Source of the DNA: Podarcis erhardii
Lineage: Eukaryota
NCBI GenBank assembly: GCA_964252035.1
Contig: OZ176209.1
Length of the DNA stretch: 64,000 nucleotides
Strand: one strand, 5' to 3'
Each line of letters starts with the position of its first letter. The first letter of the stretch is position 1. The notes beneath the pieces are model-generated. The model did no database searches and was not told the DNA's origin. It saw only the letters and a program-made list of their open reading frames with translations. Of this stretch, positions 24,389 through 37,107 are shown in pieces. Made by a program: the position numbers and the translations under genes.

Positions 24389-25889
24389 AAAATCAAAATT
24401 GTGTGATCTCCACAGTAAGAACCAGCAGGACACAGCATAAGGTTGCCAGGGATGGCTGTCTCTCAAATTTTGTGTTATGTCACGCACTCTGTGGCAGCTA
24501 TTTCGTGTTATGCCAGGTCTCCCTCCTGTCCCCAAGCAGCTATTTTGTGACATGTACCCTGGCACTCTCAAAATTCAATATGCACTCACTGGTCTGAAAA
24601 AAAAGTTGGCGACCTCTGCATTAGCAGATCCTCATACTGTAACATATAAATTTCACTCTAATCGGTGCAGTTCTGGCACTAGTTTATTTCAACAACTTTC
24701 CAGATGGTTATTAGATATAAAAAAACCCAAACCATTATTGATGTGCTGACGTAGCAGGTTGGTAATAGTGTTTTTAAGGAAGATTAATTAGGCAGGAAAC
24801 AATGCTGCTGAAGCATAATTATGACTCTCATTACTACACTGGGACTCACCTTTGTTTATCTGTTATGTCTTCATTAGATATGCCTGTTTTGTATTCCATA
24901 GCAACTTCACCAAAACACTATCCATTCTTCTCGGCTTTTATTGGTACCTTGTGCTTATGTTCTTCATTAATTTCTACTAGCCTACGGTGTACATTTACAG
25001 TGACGGTTCCTGTGTGTTCATGCATTCAATTCAGGAAGAGTAAAAAACTTTCTTTCTTTTTTCGCACCACAGCAATGACAGTGATTTTGTGCATTAATAA
25101 TACTATAGTTACTAAACTACATCTGGAACTTGAAGCTACAACCCCGAGATGTCTCTAAGTTCAGTGGAATTGTAACAGGCTTATTTATGTACAATCTGAC
25201 CTTGAGGTAATAGAAGTGAATCAAATGTATTTTCGTGTCACACCTAGCTGCAATAAATTAAGTAGCAAGGAAAAATATTAATTCTAGAGACACTTGTGGA
25301 TCGTGATCAAACGCTCACTTATAGAAGACAGAAAGTTTCTCTCTTACTTACATATTTATTGTACTTACGAAGGATATTAACTATCAAATATAATAAAGTA
25401 CCAATTTACCAACAGTTACATTGTCAAACAGAAGTGCAGGTGAAACAAACAATCTTGTCAGCATAATGCAAACTCTTCTGTTTTGAAGTTAATTGAAGCA
25501 AAATGTCTCCCACGGGTTCACTGATGTGATCTGTACTGCATAGTCTGGCTGTTTTCAAGTTAAAGGCTACTAGTGATGAAAAGTGTGGTTATTTATTAAC
25601 TGCAGTTAACCGTTGGGCCAGAGGGACAGATGTATCATCCACCAGCTGCCCAAGAACTTCTCCCACTAAGTTGGCCAAGATGGTCTTGGCAGTCATACTG
25701 GGGGACTGCTGTGTCCATGTCGACACAACCTCCTCAGGGCCAGCTCCGGACTTTAAGGTCGCTACCACAACCATGGGTCTGTCTCAGTACACTGTGAATC
25801 TAGCTCATGTTACAGGTCAATCTTGTTTTTGTAATAAGATGGACTGGTGTGTATGTAAATTAACTCAATTGTTGTGGACAGACCACTGC

Positions 25890-26462
25890 CACTGGCGGAG
25901 GAACAGGAGTGCAGGGGGAGCATGTTAGTTTCTGTTCTTAGCACTGTGCAGCTGTGTGGAGTCACAGGACTCTGTTTACATTCCTGGGATTCCATACTAT
26001 TGGAGTCTCACGGGAGGGGAGACGGGATGTGACGTTAGTGGTTTCCTGTTTCCTATGTTCCTTTGTTCCTTTGTTCAGTTGCTCTCTGCTTCCATAGAGA
26101 GAGGATGTCTTTTCTGTTCTGCGTAGTTTAGAAATAAAACTCTTTAAAATGTAGCTCATACCGTCTCATCCTTCCCTGTGCTGGAACCCTGCTGGGAGGA
26201 CGTGCCTTGGAGCCTCATCAAAGGCTCGAGGTCGTTAAACATGTCGGAGGCGATTCCGAAGATCAGCTCAGTCGAACGGAGTTCCGACAGAGCACACCGC
26301 CCTGCCCCCAGTGGCACGATCCTGGTGGGGTGCCATCTCGGCTGCCCCCCCACCCTGGGCGCCACACCCCCAGGACGGCATGCCATGCCCCCGGGACGCA
26401 TGCCAGCCACGCCCCTGCCTGCTCTCTGCCCCCCGCCGCCGGAGCTGGAAGCTCTGCTGCTG
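25890..26462. mobile_element. GC-rich hAT-type MITE hosting a solo LTR
   Basis: Perfect 8-bp TSD accactgc (25882-25889, 26463-26470); degenerate TIRs cactggcggag / ctctgctgctg. Confidence 0.8.
25923..26289 (+). mobile_element. Solo LTR (367 bp)
   Basis: TGT...ACA termini, perfect 5-bp TSD gagca (25918-25922, 26290-26294), internal aataaa near 26133, CpG-rich (young). Confidence 0.85.
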
Positions 26463-27482
26463 ACCACTGCCTGGTGAAACTTCGAAGCAGAATCAATCCC
26501 TGCAGTCACAGAGCCTCCATTTTGCACAAAAATCAAAAGGTGGCAAATGCAAGACTGATTTACAGAGGGATGCTCAGGAGGCTCCCCATTGTTTATTTGC
26601 AGCCACAGATTTACTTACCCCACACCTGATATCATACAACATCAGGTGTGGGGCACATGGCTTGGCTAGGAGAAAATGGCTTCGTGGGTGAAATTAGGAC
26701 TCCTAGCAGACACAATCTGCCTGGCAGGCAGAGGGAGGGCTCCTTCCCCTCTAGCCTGGACAAAAGCTAAGGATGCAGTTAATAAATGTCAGTGTAAAAG
26801 AGCATGAATCTAAACATTTTAATTAAAGGGAGTATCTGCACAAAGTTCGAAGCTTGTCAAATTCCTCTACATAAGGCAGGCCCACCAAGAGAAATAAATT
26901 CAATTACATGCTGCAGAGCTTTTATAAACACACAAAGGGAGTGACTTGCATTCAGGGTTCATAAAGGGGATGTAACTGCCTATTTGGGACTGTGATGTGA
27001 CACTGTATGCTAGAAACGGTCTAAAATAATTGCAAAGCAGACGTGTCTGCCCAGTGATTTTCAAGTACTAAAACTTCTTGCCTCCCAGATGCACTAGCTC
27101 CCATTAGTTTAATGACACATGATGTTTATAAAACTTCAGAATATCTATAAACAGTTCTGTGTTGCTTCCATTTATTGTGACCATTCAGCAAATAAACTGT
27201 AATTAATCCACATTCCATTACTCTGACTGAATCCTTTAAAAAAAAATTGCTCTGATGTAGTTTTAATCTAATATCAAGTTCTAGTATCTGGAGTCTGCAC
27301 TGGGGTTCATTCAGGATAACATCATTGAAATGGGTGTGAATGACTTTGTGTTCAGTCTAGGTGCGTCCATAAACTGGTCTAAACATAATTGTAATAGGAA
27401 TAAGTATGAGTGATAGTGCTTATTACTGAGGTATGCCCAAGAAATCTGTAACAGATTTTGTGCAAACATCCAGGACCTACAA

Positions 27483-27843
27483 GGACGCAGGTGGCTCTGT
27501 GGTCTAAATCACATAGCCTAAGGCTTGCTGATCAGAAGGTCGGTGGTTTGAATCCCCGCGACAGGGTGAGCTCCCGTTGTTTGGTCCCAGCTCCTGCCCA
27601 CCTAGCAGTTTGAAAGCACGTCAAAGGGCAAGTAGATAAATAGGTACCACTCTGGCAGGAAGGTAAACGGTGTTTCCGTGCGCTGCTCTGGTTCACCAGA
27701 AGTGGCTTAGTCATTCTGGCCTGGAAGCTGTCTGTGGACAAACGCCGGCTCCCTCAGCCAGTAAAGCGAGATGAGCGCCGCAACCCCAGAGGCATCTGCA
27801 ATTGGACTTAACGGTCAGGGGTCCCTTTAACTTTACCTTTTTA
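27483..27843 (+). mobile_element. Sauria SINE, full length
   Basis: 13-bp TSD ccaggacctacaa (27470-27482, 27844-27856); head ggacgcaggtggc; tail ctttacctt. Confidence 0.95.
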
Positions 27844-28189
27844 CCAGGACCTACAAACTGGCTGGTTCCCCCTCCTCGTATCTTTGCTGCTGAGTATGCA
27901 GGCCAAGCTATATGATACAAGTAGTTCTGTTATTGTCTCTCCCCGTCTTTCCCCTGCCTTTTTTCTTTCTTCATGCAAAGCAGCAACAGCTGGTTTAGAT
28001 TCAGTTTGAGCAAGCAGAAGATTGCGGGAAAGGGGGGAGGAGAGTGTGTTTTCTTTGCCTATCATTTGTTCAATATTGTCACCACCAAGTTGGCCTTACC
28101 ACCCAAAGGGGAAATTATCCCCCCCTCCACTATGCAATCTGATGCTTCTCTCCCAAAGCCATTGCTTTCTTTCCCAGTATGAGCTAGGG

Positions 28190-28635
28190 CAGGGGTCAGC
28201 AAACATTTCAGCAGGGGGCTGGTCCACTGTCACTCAGACCTTGTGGTGGGCCGGACTATATTTTTTTTTTGGGGGGGGAATAATAATAATAAGAGTTTGG
28301 ATTTGATATCCCGCTTTATCACTACCCAAAGGAATCTCAAAGTGGCTAACATTCTCCTTTCCCTTCCTCCCCCAAAACAAACACTCTGTGAGGTGAGTGA
28401 GGCTGAGAGACTTCAGAGAAGTGTGACTGGCCCAGGGTCACCCAGCAGCTGCATGTGGAGGGGCAGGTAATCGAACCCAGTTCACCAGATTACGAGTGCA
28501 CCGCTCTTAACCACTACACCACACTGGCTCTCATAATAAATGAATTCCTATGCCTCAGAAATAACCCAGAGATGCATTTTAAATAAAAGCACACATTCTA
28601 CTCATGTAAAAACACCACGCATGCCCCACAAATAT
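28190..28635. mobile_element. Truncated hAT-type MITE interrupted by a SINE
   Basis: Starts caggggtcagcaaac; body continues after the SINE (aataacccagagatgcatttt); second TIR missing. Confidence 0.65.
28292..28532 (-). mobile_element. tRNA-derived CORE/MIR-like SINE
   Basis: Minus-strand head gagccagtgtggtgtagtggttaagagcgg...gggttcgatt; CORE-like gggtgaccctgggccagtcac; L2-type tail. Confidence 0.85.
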
Positions 28636-29923
28636 TGTGAAAAAATATTTCCACAAATATTGTGGAAAAAATATACACTCCTGATATAAGAGATGCACAG
28701 AAATTTGATTAAACATTTTCTTGGGTTTCTTGGAGAACATGTAATTCCAAAGGACTATTCTACATTTTTAAAATTAGTTTAAACACTAATAAGCACTAAT
28801 ATGATAGTACTTAAAAAAAATATTATTAATTCAATTTATATACCACCCTTCATCAAAACATCCCAGGGCAGTGCACAACTTTAAAAACACATTACAGAAC
28901 ATCAAGGATAAAAACATAATAAAAGCATAGTAAAAATACATGCTGACAGACAGCCTAAAAATAAAATCATCACCACCACCATCATCATGGTCATAATGAC
29001 AATAATAGATCATTAACAGTGCAGTTCTGTGCATGTCTGCAGGAGCAAGTCCCATTGAATGCAGGTAAGTTTACAGGAATGCAGCCTAAGTGATCCTTAT
29101 TGTGCATCACCGAGGGTGTTCTGAGTGTTGAGTGGTTAGAAAGCTGATCGGCATTGTGTGATGTAGAGCTAGCTGTGCTTTGCCTGATGAAAAGCTGTGT
29201 TAACTGCCTCATAGTGCTTTACTAGGGCTCAGTTCATTTTGTGATGTTCACCTCTTCCCATGGACAAGGAAGAAAGGAGTGAAACTAGCTTTGTTGCAGT
29301 GAGAACTTCCTCAAGAGAACAGCTGGAGGTTTTCCTCACCGTAGGAGCCATGCACACAAATGAAAAAAAAAAAAAACCCAACATCCCTGAGCGTGACTCC
29401 CCCCCCCCCCAAAAAAATAAGGTCTATTCTGTGACAGAGCAATTAGTCTGCATTTGTAATGATGTTATGGGCATTATTATCAAAACGGTGCCTATGACAC
29501 CAGCAGCCTATTAGCATATGTGATGGACACACTTGCTGGGGTAAGAATCTTGGACTGTATCTAGTTAGGTCCTACTCAGTGTAGAACTACTGAAATGAAT
29601 AGATCTAAGTTAGTCACACATCCACAAATGCACCCAAAAAGGATTTCCTTGTGGCCTGTGGGGCCTGCAGGTTCCTCTCTCTCTCTCTCTCTCTCTGACT
29701 TGAATTACATTGCTTTGAATAGTACATTGCATTGTAGCCTGTAGACTAGTTTGTGGCATGTACTTGGTTGTGGTCTGTGTGTTTGGTTGCAAACATACCC
29801 AGAGGCCCAAAAAGGTTAGCAACCCCAGCACTGACATAGCTAGTTGTGCTGAAGGGCTGACCTAGAACTCAGCTGCATTAGTCAAATTACTGTACAATGT
29901 TATAAATGTGTCATAACATTGTG

Positions 29924-29939
29924 ACACCAGATGGCGCTG
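29924..29939 (+). promoter_or_regulatory. Candidate CTCF-binding site outside recognisable repeats
   Basis: acaccagatggcgctg matches the CTCF core CCASYAGRKGGCRC at all but the first base; CpG retained. Confidence 0.5.
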
Positions 29940-30211
29940 TAGAGCTGAAATCTCAACTTGGTGATATTTTCCATTGTGAGCTTTACAACGTCCACAGCAT
30001 TTTTTTTTTTATAGCTGTGTAGATCTAGCTCTATTACTGTATCTTAAACTTAAGCTAGTATATCTTATAGTACATTTTTTCCAGGCTGAAAAACTGTTAA
30101 ACATCTACTCTCATTTCCAAGGATTCAATATATCAGCTTTCTGATTGGCACACTTCAACATGATGGGCAGGGTATAAATAATAAAATAAGTATACTTACA
30201 CTTATAACTGC

Positions 30212-30255
<44 letters not shown>
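30212..30255. repeat. (ATT)n microsatellite
   Basis: Seen directly. Confidence 0.97.
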
Positions 30256-30256
<1 letters not shown>

Positions 30257-30793
30257 ATACAGTGTCTGAAAACTACTCTCTTTAGAACCATAGAAACTCT
30301 ACGGTTAATTTTCCACCAATATCTGCTGATTATGTCCACATTTTTCTTTTTTTAAAAAAAATTAACACTGGCTGAGCTAGCCATCCATCACCGGAGATAT
30401 TTTTCTCCATTAAAAAATAGTCACTGCTATAAAAGAGTCCATGGGAACATTCCTCATTTGAATTTGCTTGAGAGATGACTGGTTGTTATTTAAGTAGAAT
30501 TTCAAATGCAGTAAATAGTACAATTACCGGCAGTGGAAAGATTGATGAGAAAGGATAATGGTCTGGCTTCCTCTCCCCCCATTTTTTACTATAAACAGAG
30601 GGTAATTAATTCACTGGACTAATCTAAATAAATAGAAGGGAGAAACATTTAACTTCATAAGCAATTTGATATGCAAAAATGGTTCTAAAGCGCTTGAGGA
30701 TATTTTTAGATGTTTTCAGCCGTTACAAAAACCATCTTAAACAAAACTCTTGTTTTATGTAGGACCTTATTGAACCAAAGGCAGATTATCCAA

Positions 30794-30849
30794 GGTTACC
30801 AGGTGGTCTGTGTGCCAGGCATTGGCCAGACCTAGGCCTGCTTTGCTTC
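30794..30849 (-). mobile_element. Degenerate 5S rRNA-derived segment (SINE3-like head or 5S pseudogene)
   Basis: Minus strand gaagcaaagcaggcctaggtctggccaatgcctgg...agaccacctgg aligns without gaps at about 67% (by eye) to the 5S box A/C region. Confidence 0.5.
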
Positions 30850-31039
30850 AACAGGGTTGCTGCATCATGTACCTTCAAACCATTCCCTGGATTATATGGC
30901 AAGCTGGTTTCCTGCTTTCTAAACACAGACTTGCTCTGGACTGTTTCTAGGATATCTGAAAATGCATCTCATCATGAGCACTCCAAAGCATTGGTATTAC
31001 AGCCCAATGGGCCTTGTTACTTGTGCCCACCTGCCAAAC

Positions 31040-31209
31040 CAGTGGCGTAGCATGGGGGGGTGCAGGGGGGGGCCGGCCGCACCGGGCGCAACATCTGGAG
31101 TTAGGGTTAGGGGGCGCAAATCCACGGGTTAGAGGGCGCAAATCCACGGGTTAAGGGGCGCAAATTACTTGCCTTGCCCCGGGTGCTGACAACCCACGCT
31201 ACGCCACTG
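31040..31209. mobile_element. Young hAT-type MITE (170 bp)
   Basis: Perfect TIRs cagtggcgtagc / gctacgccactg; perfect 8-bp TSD tgccaaac; three internal 21-22-bp repeats (31104-31168). Confidence 0.93.
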
Positions 31210-32422
31210 TGCCAAACCTCAGATGAAAGGGTGACCCAAAGCAGGACTTTAGATGTGTGGACAACATATACAGGAAAAGGAAGTCCCAGGTATACTAGGA
31301 CTTGAGTTGTTTAGTACTTTGGATGTTAGAACCAGCATCTTGACATTTTAAGACAAGAACCCTTTGCACATGTTACTTGCATGTAAAGCAATGGTATGTT
31401 GACTTGGCAGTGGGGTGACCCAACATCACATCTGTTTGCTTCCTGCAAGAACCATGTCTGTAAAGAAATACCCACGTGTGACCTCCTTCTTTGTGTTGTG
31501 GCTCCACAGAATCAATGGTTGCCTGATCACGTGGGTCCTACTTGTAAGCAGCAGCTTACATGGTGACTTTCCTTTACAAATGATTCTGTGCAACTTGTAG
31601 GTGTTGAAATAAGATGGCGGGGTTAAAAGTGAGGGCTTGCTCCACATTCTACACGCTTATGCCCTGTGTGCTGGTAAATCCTTGAAGCGTATAATTATTA
31701 GAACGGCTTTGCTTCTCCAAACTCTCTGGGATCTATCACCGCTTGCTATTTCTGGAATTTCCTTTGTCATTCTCTGTTACACAGGTAGACAGGAAGCTTT
31801 TTGAAGTCATTTGGTGAGCCTAAACCTAGACTTTCTTCTGCGCTGGAACTCCTCTGATAATATAGCTTGTGACATGCAGGAATATCAACAGGAGCCCGAG
31901 GGCTGGGATACAAACTTAAATCACCAGAGCAGAAAAAGTTTCTGACAAGAACACATAGCTTCAGAGAAAAGATTCAGGTTGTGAAGGATGAGAGAGTGCA
32001 GTGGGGGAGGGGAAGGAGAGGATGCAAATATAATTTAGATCTATCATGGGCAGCTTTAATGGATATTTTGTCCCAGACAACAAACACAGGTTCTGAGGTA
32101 ATTTTTCTCTCTGCTATGCATAAACAATGTGCTAACCCATGCACCCACATCTTTCAATAGCCCCAATATATTTATTTTTATTGTTTCAGTTAGTACGCTT
32201 TCAGTATTATTTCCATTGTGACATTACTGCCACTGTGTTGGTTGTGCGTTAGTGGGCCCTTACAGATTCTATGTGCACTGTGAGTATCGTATGACAAATT
32301 TTCTACTTCACAGAGACCAAAGATACCAGAAAATAGGCTTGGAGACATACCCTTGTTACCATGGCAACAGCATCTCCTTGGCAGTTAGACAATTTCATTT
32401 AATAAAGCTTTTTTAAAAAAAC

Positions 32423-32423
<1 letters not shown>

Positions 32424-32453
<30 letters not shown>
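32424..32453. repeat. (CA)n microsatellite
   Basis: Seen directly. Confidence 0.97.
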
Positions 32454-32456
<3 letters not shown>

Positions 32457-33685
32457 GATGGCTTTATGTAAATGCAGAGTCACAGAAAAGCAGTAAAACT
32501 CATTTTGTATTTATGATGCGAAACAAAATTGCAATGCAGATGAGGATAAAATTACCTATAAATGTTAAACACATAGTTGAGCATGGAAAATGTCAGCTGT
32601 GATGCTAGTGAGCAGTCATGTACAATACTTTAAAGTTAATCATGATCGTGAACACTGAAAGAAAAAAAATGTTATTCTCTTTATTGTTTATATCACTGTA
32701 CAGTTTAGTCATAAACAGGGGGAAGCAGTCAACCAATAAGTACATAGCAGCTGCTTGAACTCTCTTCATGGTGGGTCCAACCACAGGGAGAGATGGTGAT
32801 CTATAGCTGACAGTCACATGGCAAGCCAACCATTAGCACAATCCCACAAACATTCAGAAAATGCCCTAGATTTTTAAGAAGGGGGAGGAAGAAGGGTCGA
32901 AAATTTTACAGCCAGCAGCTGCAGATCACTGCCTTTCTATGCATTTAGTTATGAAGTGTAGTTTTAAAACAAATTATGGTGCAGTTCACAGGTGAAGAAC
33001 CCTTTTTATCCTGAGGGCCACATTCTGTCATGGGCAACATTTCGGGGGCCACATATAAGCAGTGGGTGAGGCCCACGGCAAAAATGAGCAGAGCAACAAA
33101 TATTGTATAGTAGGTTACATTTCAGCAAAAGTCAGAAGTCAGACATACACAGGGCAAATCTACACTCATGGTTTTTAGCACTAAGAAAGAGTTAATGAAT
33201 GGTTCTGATAACCATATAGCCACATGACGCTCTGCTCTTAATGTTATTAAAATGTGACACCAGAGGAAGTTGCAAAGTAACCAGAAACCAGGGAGACAGC
33301 AGGGAGAAAGCAATAGAGAACATTTCCTGTTTTCAAGGAAACGCTTTATTTTAAGAGTATGCCCTGTGATGTTTTAGAACGATATTTCTAATATTGTTCT
33401 AACAACGTTTAAAAGGTCAGTGTAGATCCAGCCACAAACACATATACACATGGACAGACTACAGCTCTGGCAAAAGGGCTCCAGGAAGCAGTGGCCTGTG
33501 GGAAAGGATGTGGCTTGGGGAGAGTCCAATAATCAAACAGAGAGGCATGGAGAGCAGCGTTTGCTCCCTGACCCTGAGGTTCCCCACCCCTGGTGTCATT
33601 ACAGAGAAGATGAAAAGAAAGATCTCGAAGATCTCCAGGAGAGTGGGGTCGTGCTCACCAGTTGTGCCGCTAAACACTATGATTA

Positions 33686-34039
33686 AAAGCTACTGGACCA
33701 TTAGGTCCAGTCGTGGCCGACTCTGGGGTTGCGGCGCTCATCTTGCTTTATTGGCCGAGGGAGCCGGCGTTTGTCCTCAGGCAGCTTCTGGGTCATGTGG
33801 CCAGCATGACTTAGCCACTTCTGGCAAACCAAAGCAGCGCACGGAAACGCCGTTTACCTTCCCGCCGGAGCGGTACCTATTTATCTACTTGCACTTTGAC
33901 ATGCTTTCGAACTGCTAGGTTGGCAGGAGCTGGGATTGAGTGATGGGAGCTCACCTCGTTGCAGGGATTTGAACCGCCAACCTTCTGATTGGCAAGCCCT
34001 AGGCTCTGTGGTTTAACCCACAGCGCCACCTGCGTCCCA
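33686..34039 (-). mobile_element. Sauria SINE
   Basis: 14-bp TSD aaacactatgatta (33672-33685, 34040-34053); intact head gggacgcaggtggcgctgtgg; atypical 3' end. Confidence 0.95.
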
Positions 34040-34498
34040 AAACACTATGATTACAGCCATATATATTGTCTGGGGCAGGTATGGCCGCCAGGTGTGCCAG
34101 TGGACTATGGGAATCGCTCAAGTAGGACAGGAGTCCCACAGCACTCACCCCGTTTGTGTTCCCAGTACCCGGCATTCAGAAGCACAACACCTCAAAGTGC
34201 TTCACAGGGAAAAGTGAGGGGGGGGGATTAAGTACGCTGAGAAAGCCAGAAGTGTGTTGTTCAAAGCTGGAGAAAGAGAGACAGCAGGAAAAATTATGCA
34301 GTGGAATTGCCTGGAAAAGGAGGAAAGAAGGTGGGAGCAGACCGCCCCCAACCCAGTTCCTGGGAAAGCACATGAAATTCCATTCAGAATCTATTTTAGG
34401 ACTGGTTCAGAAGCGGACCAAATTTTTCTTCAAGCTGATGTTCGCTCTGATTCAGCAGTAAATAGCAAGTTTTCCCGGGAAAAGCTCAGACCCGTAAT

Positions 34499-34637
34499 CA
34501 GGGCTTTTTTCCCCCAGCTGGAACTCACCAGAACTCAGTTCTGGCACCTCCCAGATGGGTGCCGTTGCCATTATAACAGAACAAGGGAGGCATTCATGGT
34601 GAGTTCTGGCACCTCTTTTTCTAGAAAAATAGCACTG
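34499..34637. mobile_element. hAT-type MITE
   Basis: TIRs cagggcttttt / aaaatagcactg; TSD cccgtaat / cccataat. Confidence 0.85.
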
Positions 34638-36307
34638 CCCATAATAATAGATCTATACAAAATACTGGGAATCTCAGGACAAACAGAAGTGGGGGTCGCC
34701 CTTTAGCCTAGAATCAATCTCAGCAAATCCTCCTCTCATTCAGGCAGTGTTTTTATGAGCAGTATCCCCCATTCTGTAGGTTGTTGAAAAACTTACAAAA
34801 AGTCCTTGTTGAGCCTGATGCCTGTTCTTCACCGAGTACGGTAATTCCCTTTTCAGCACAGAACAAATAAAACAAGCAATTGGAGGGAAAGGAAGAGGGA
34901 GGAAAAAGTCTTACAATACTTCTTACACAGATGGCTCCAAATCAAGTACTGTACACGTGGCCTTAGTGTTAGTAGGCCATCAAATTAGTGATAGAGTTAT
35001 GCAGGCATGCAGGCAAGGGTTTCAGAAAACACATCCCTGACTATTGCCTAGCAGGCAATTTCATAAAAGTGGTGGGAATCTGGCAGCAGCTCCTTCCAAC
35101 TTTGTGGAATTAGAAAGGAGTTGATGGGGAAGGAGTCTTCCTAAGGCACAGAAAATGTGGTATTCCATGTGTTCTCCTTTAGCCATGCAAAAAGAGGGTG
35201 CAAAAGCAGACAGGAACCCAAATGGCCTTATAATTTCTCTTGTGGGGTTCCTGGGGTAGAAACATAATTTTAATTGCATCTTAGACATTTCAGTGATCTG
35301 CCGCTGCCAGAAGTTTGCTTGCTTCCTCCTATGAACAATTGCTCACTTATTCTAAGGCAGAGTCAAACTAGATGGGCCTCACATGGGCCCTGATGATTCT
35401 GTGCAAACAGGGGGTGGGCTTAGAGTGAAAGCATGAACAGGATGGGAGATGAGACCTGAATTCTCCCACTCCCTGTGTTTTTCACCCTGAAGGCGCTATG
35501 CTCCGACTGCAGGAGGAATTCAAGCATATACTTCAGACGTGCACAGTTAAAGTGAACCAAACACACGTAAAACAAGCAAACAGAAAAACAGACTGTCTGC
35601 AGTTAGAAAAGTGATGGGGAAACACCCCAAAGAGTGTGGGATGAAAGGGAAGACATGTAAGCACCCAGAAGCAAATCAAGATGCCTGCTCATTGTTGTAC
35701 AGCTGCCCTGTAAATAAATCAGAACTAAGCTTTTTGCAAACAAAGATTTTGTGAAATCAGTGCCCAAGGCCAGCGGCAGAGGCAGCAGGGTGAGACAGCA
35801 CTTCCTGTTTGGCCTGAAGCAGTGAAACGGGACATGCTGCTGGTGGCACTCAATAAATGCCCTCTAACAAGGAAAGATCTGGGTGCATTTGTGACTTTGG
35901 ATGATCACGGTGATTAATATATATCACTTGGAGCTTGGGTCATGAATTCTTACGAATATTCATAATTTCTGTAGCATTTTTTTTTAACAGCACAGCCCAA
36001 GGAATGCCTGCTCAGAAGTAAGTCCCACTAGGTTCAACATGGCTTACTCCCAAGTAAGCTTGATTGCAAGCTTAGTATGCAAGCACCAGTGAATGCATTA
36101 TAGATCATTTATATCACCCATGACAACCATGTGAGACAGGTCGCTGCTCCTCTTTACTTTATTGCTGGAAATTATGGCATAGTGACATTTTTGCAGCAGA
36201 ATCCAGTAAATCCAGGCCTGTGACTGGATTTAGAGCAGCTTGCATTGCTCATGACCAACTTTCTCTCCACAGGATTTTGCTGGCTCTTTAGAACGGTTTC
36301 CTGTCTG

Positions 36308-36934
36308 TGTCATGAACTAGCAGGATGATGGGGAGAAGGAAGAGGAAGAAAAGGATCCCAGCAAGGGTGATGGATGATGGCAAAGGAATGGGGGTCAGTG
36401 CACAGGAACCAGAGCAGCAGGACCCAAAGCCAGAGGGGCCCCTGTCTCCACAAACACCGTGGGCTCTAGGAGGCAGAGGGAGCAGCGAGAGGGACACTCT
36501 AGGAGGCTGAGGCAGGCAAGGGCCCACAGCCCAGCTCCCTAGCTGGCCAGGTGGAGATTACTAGCTCTGGGAGGAGGTGTGTGATTCCTCAGCTGAAGTA
36601 GGCTGAGGACAGGTGAGGCTCACATGTCTCATCAAGCACAGATGCTGCAATCAGCATACAAAGTGCAAAGGGGAAGCAGAGCTGAGGTGCTGTGTCTGTT
36701 CAACTGCCCATGTTGATGGACCTTGGCTTGGATGCTCCTGGACCTCTATGGGACTGTGCTTTCGGTTTGACTCTGGGCTGTATTCTGACTGCCAGGCTTC
36801 AGATTTGGCTACTTGAATTGACCCTGGTTTGCGTTTCCTGACCTTTGGACTTTGCTTGTGTTGCTACACCCCTGGACTTGGACTTCAGACTTGACGTACT
36901 GATTTGCTGTCAGGTAGGCCAGGGGTTCAAGACA
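36308..36934 (+). mobile_element. Probable Gypsy-like solo LTR
   Basis: Inverted termini tgtcatgaac / gttcaagaca; purine-rich 5' half and ggact/tgacc-rich 3' half; no clean TSD. Confidence 0.6.
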
Positions 36935-37107
36935 CTATGGATGGGCAAATCTGTCAGAATCCATTCTCTCTGTTTCTCATTACTCCAATTTTAAATTCAG
37001 TTCTCCACATTTCTACATCAGTGCTTTTTTAAAAAAAGGCATCATAAAAATTTGCCAGCATTTTAGTTTAAATTTCTTTGATAGACACATATTTGTATGC
37101 AATTTTG

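Larger units (their letters stand above)
25640..26510 (+). mobile_element. L2 ORF2 endonuclease (APE) fragment interrupted by a MITE and an LTR
   Basis: MYHPP...VILGDCCVHVDTTSSGPAPDFKVATTTMGLSQ matches L2 YRPP...LGDFNxH...MGLSQ; the final motif LLWTDHCLVK is restored when 25890-26470 is removed. Confidence 0.85.

Noticed and set aside
31104-31168. CRISPR-like array
   Set aside because: Head-to-tail repeats without spacers, inside a MITE, in a vertebrate genome
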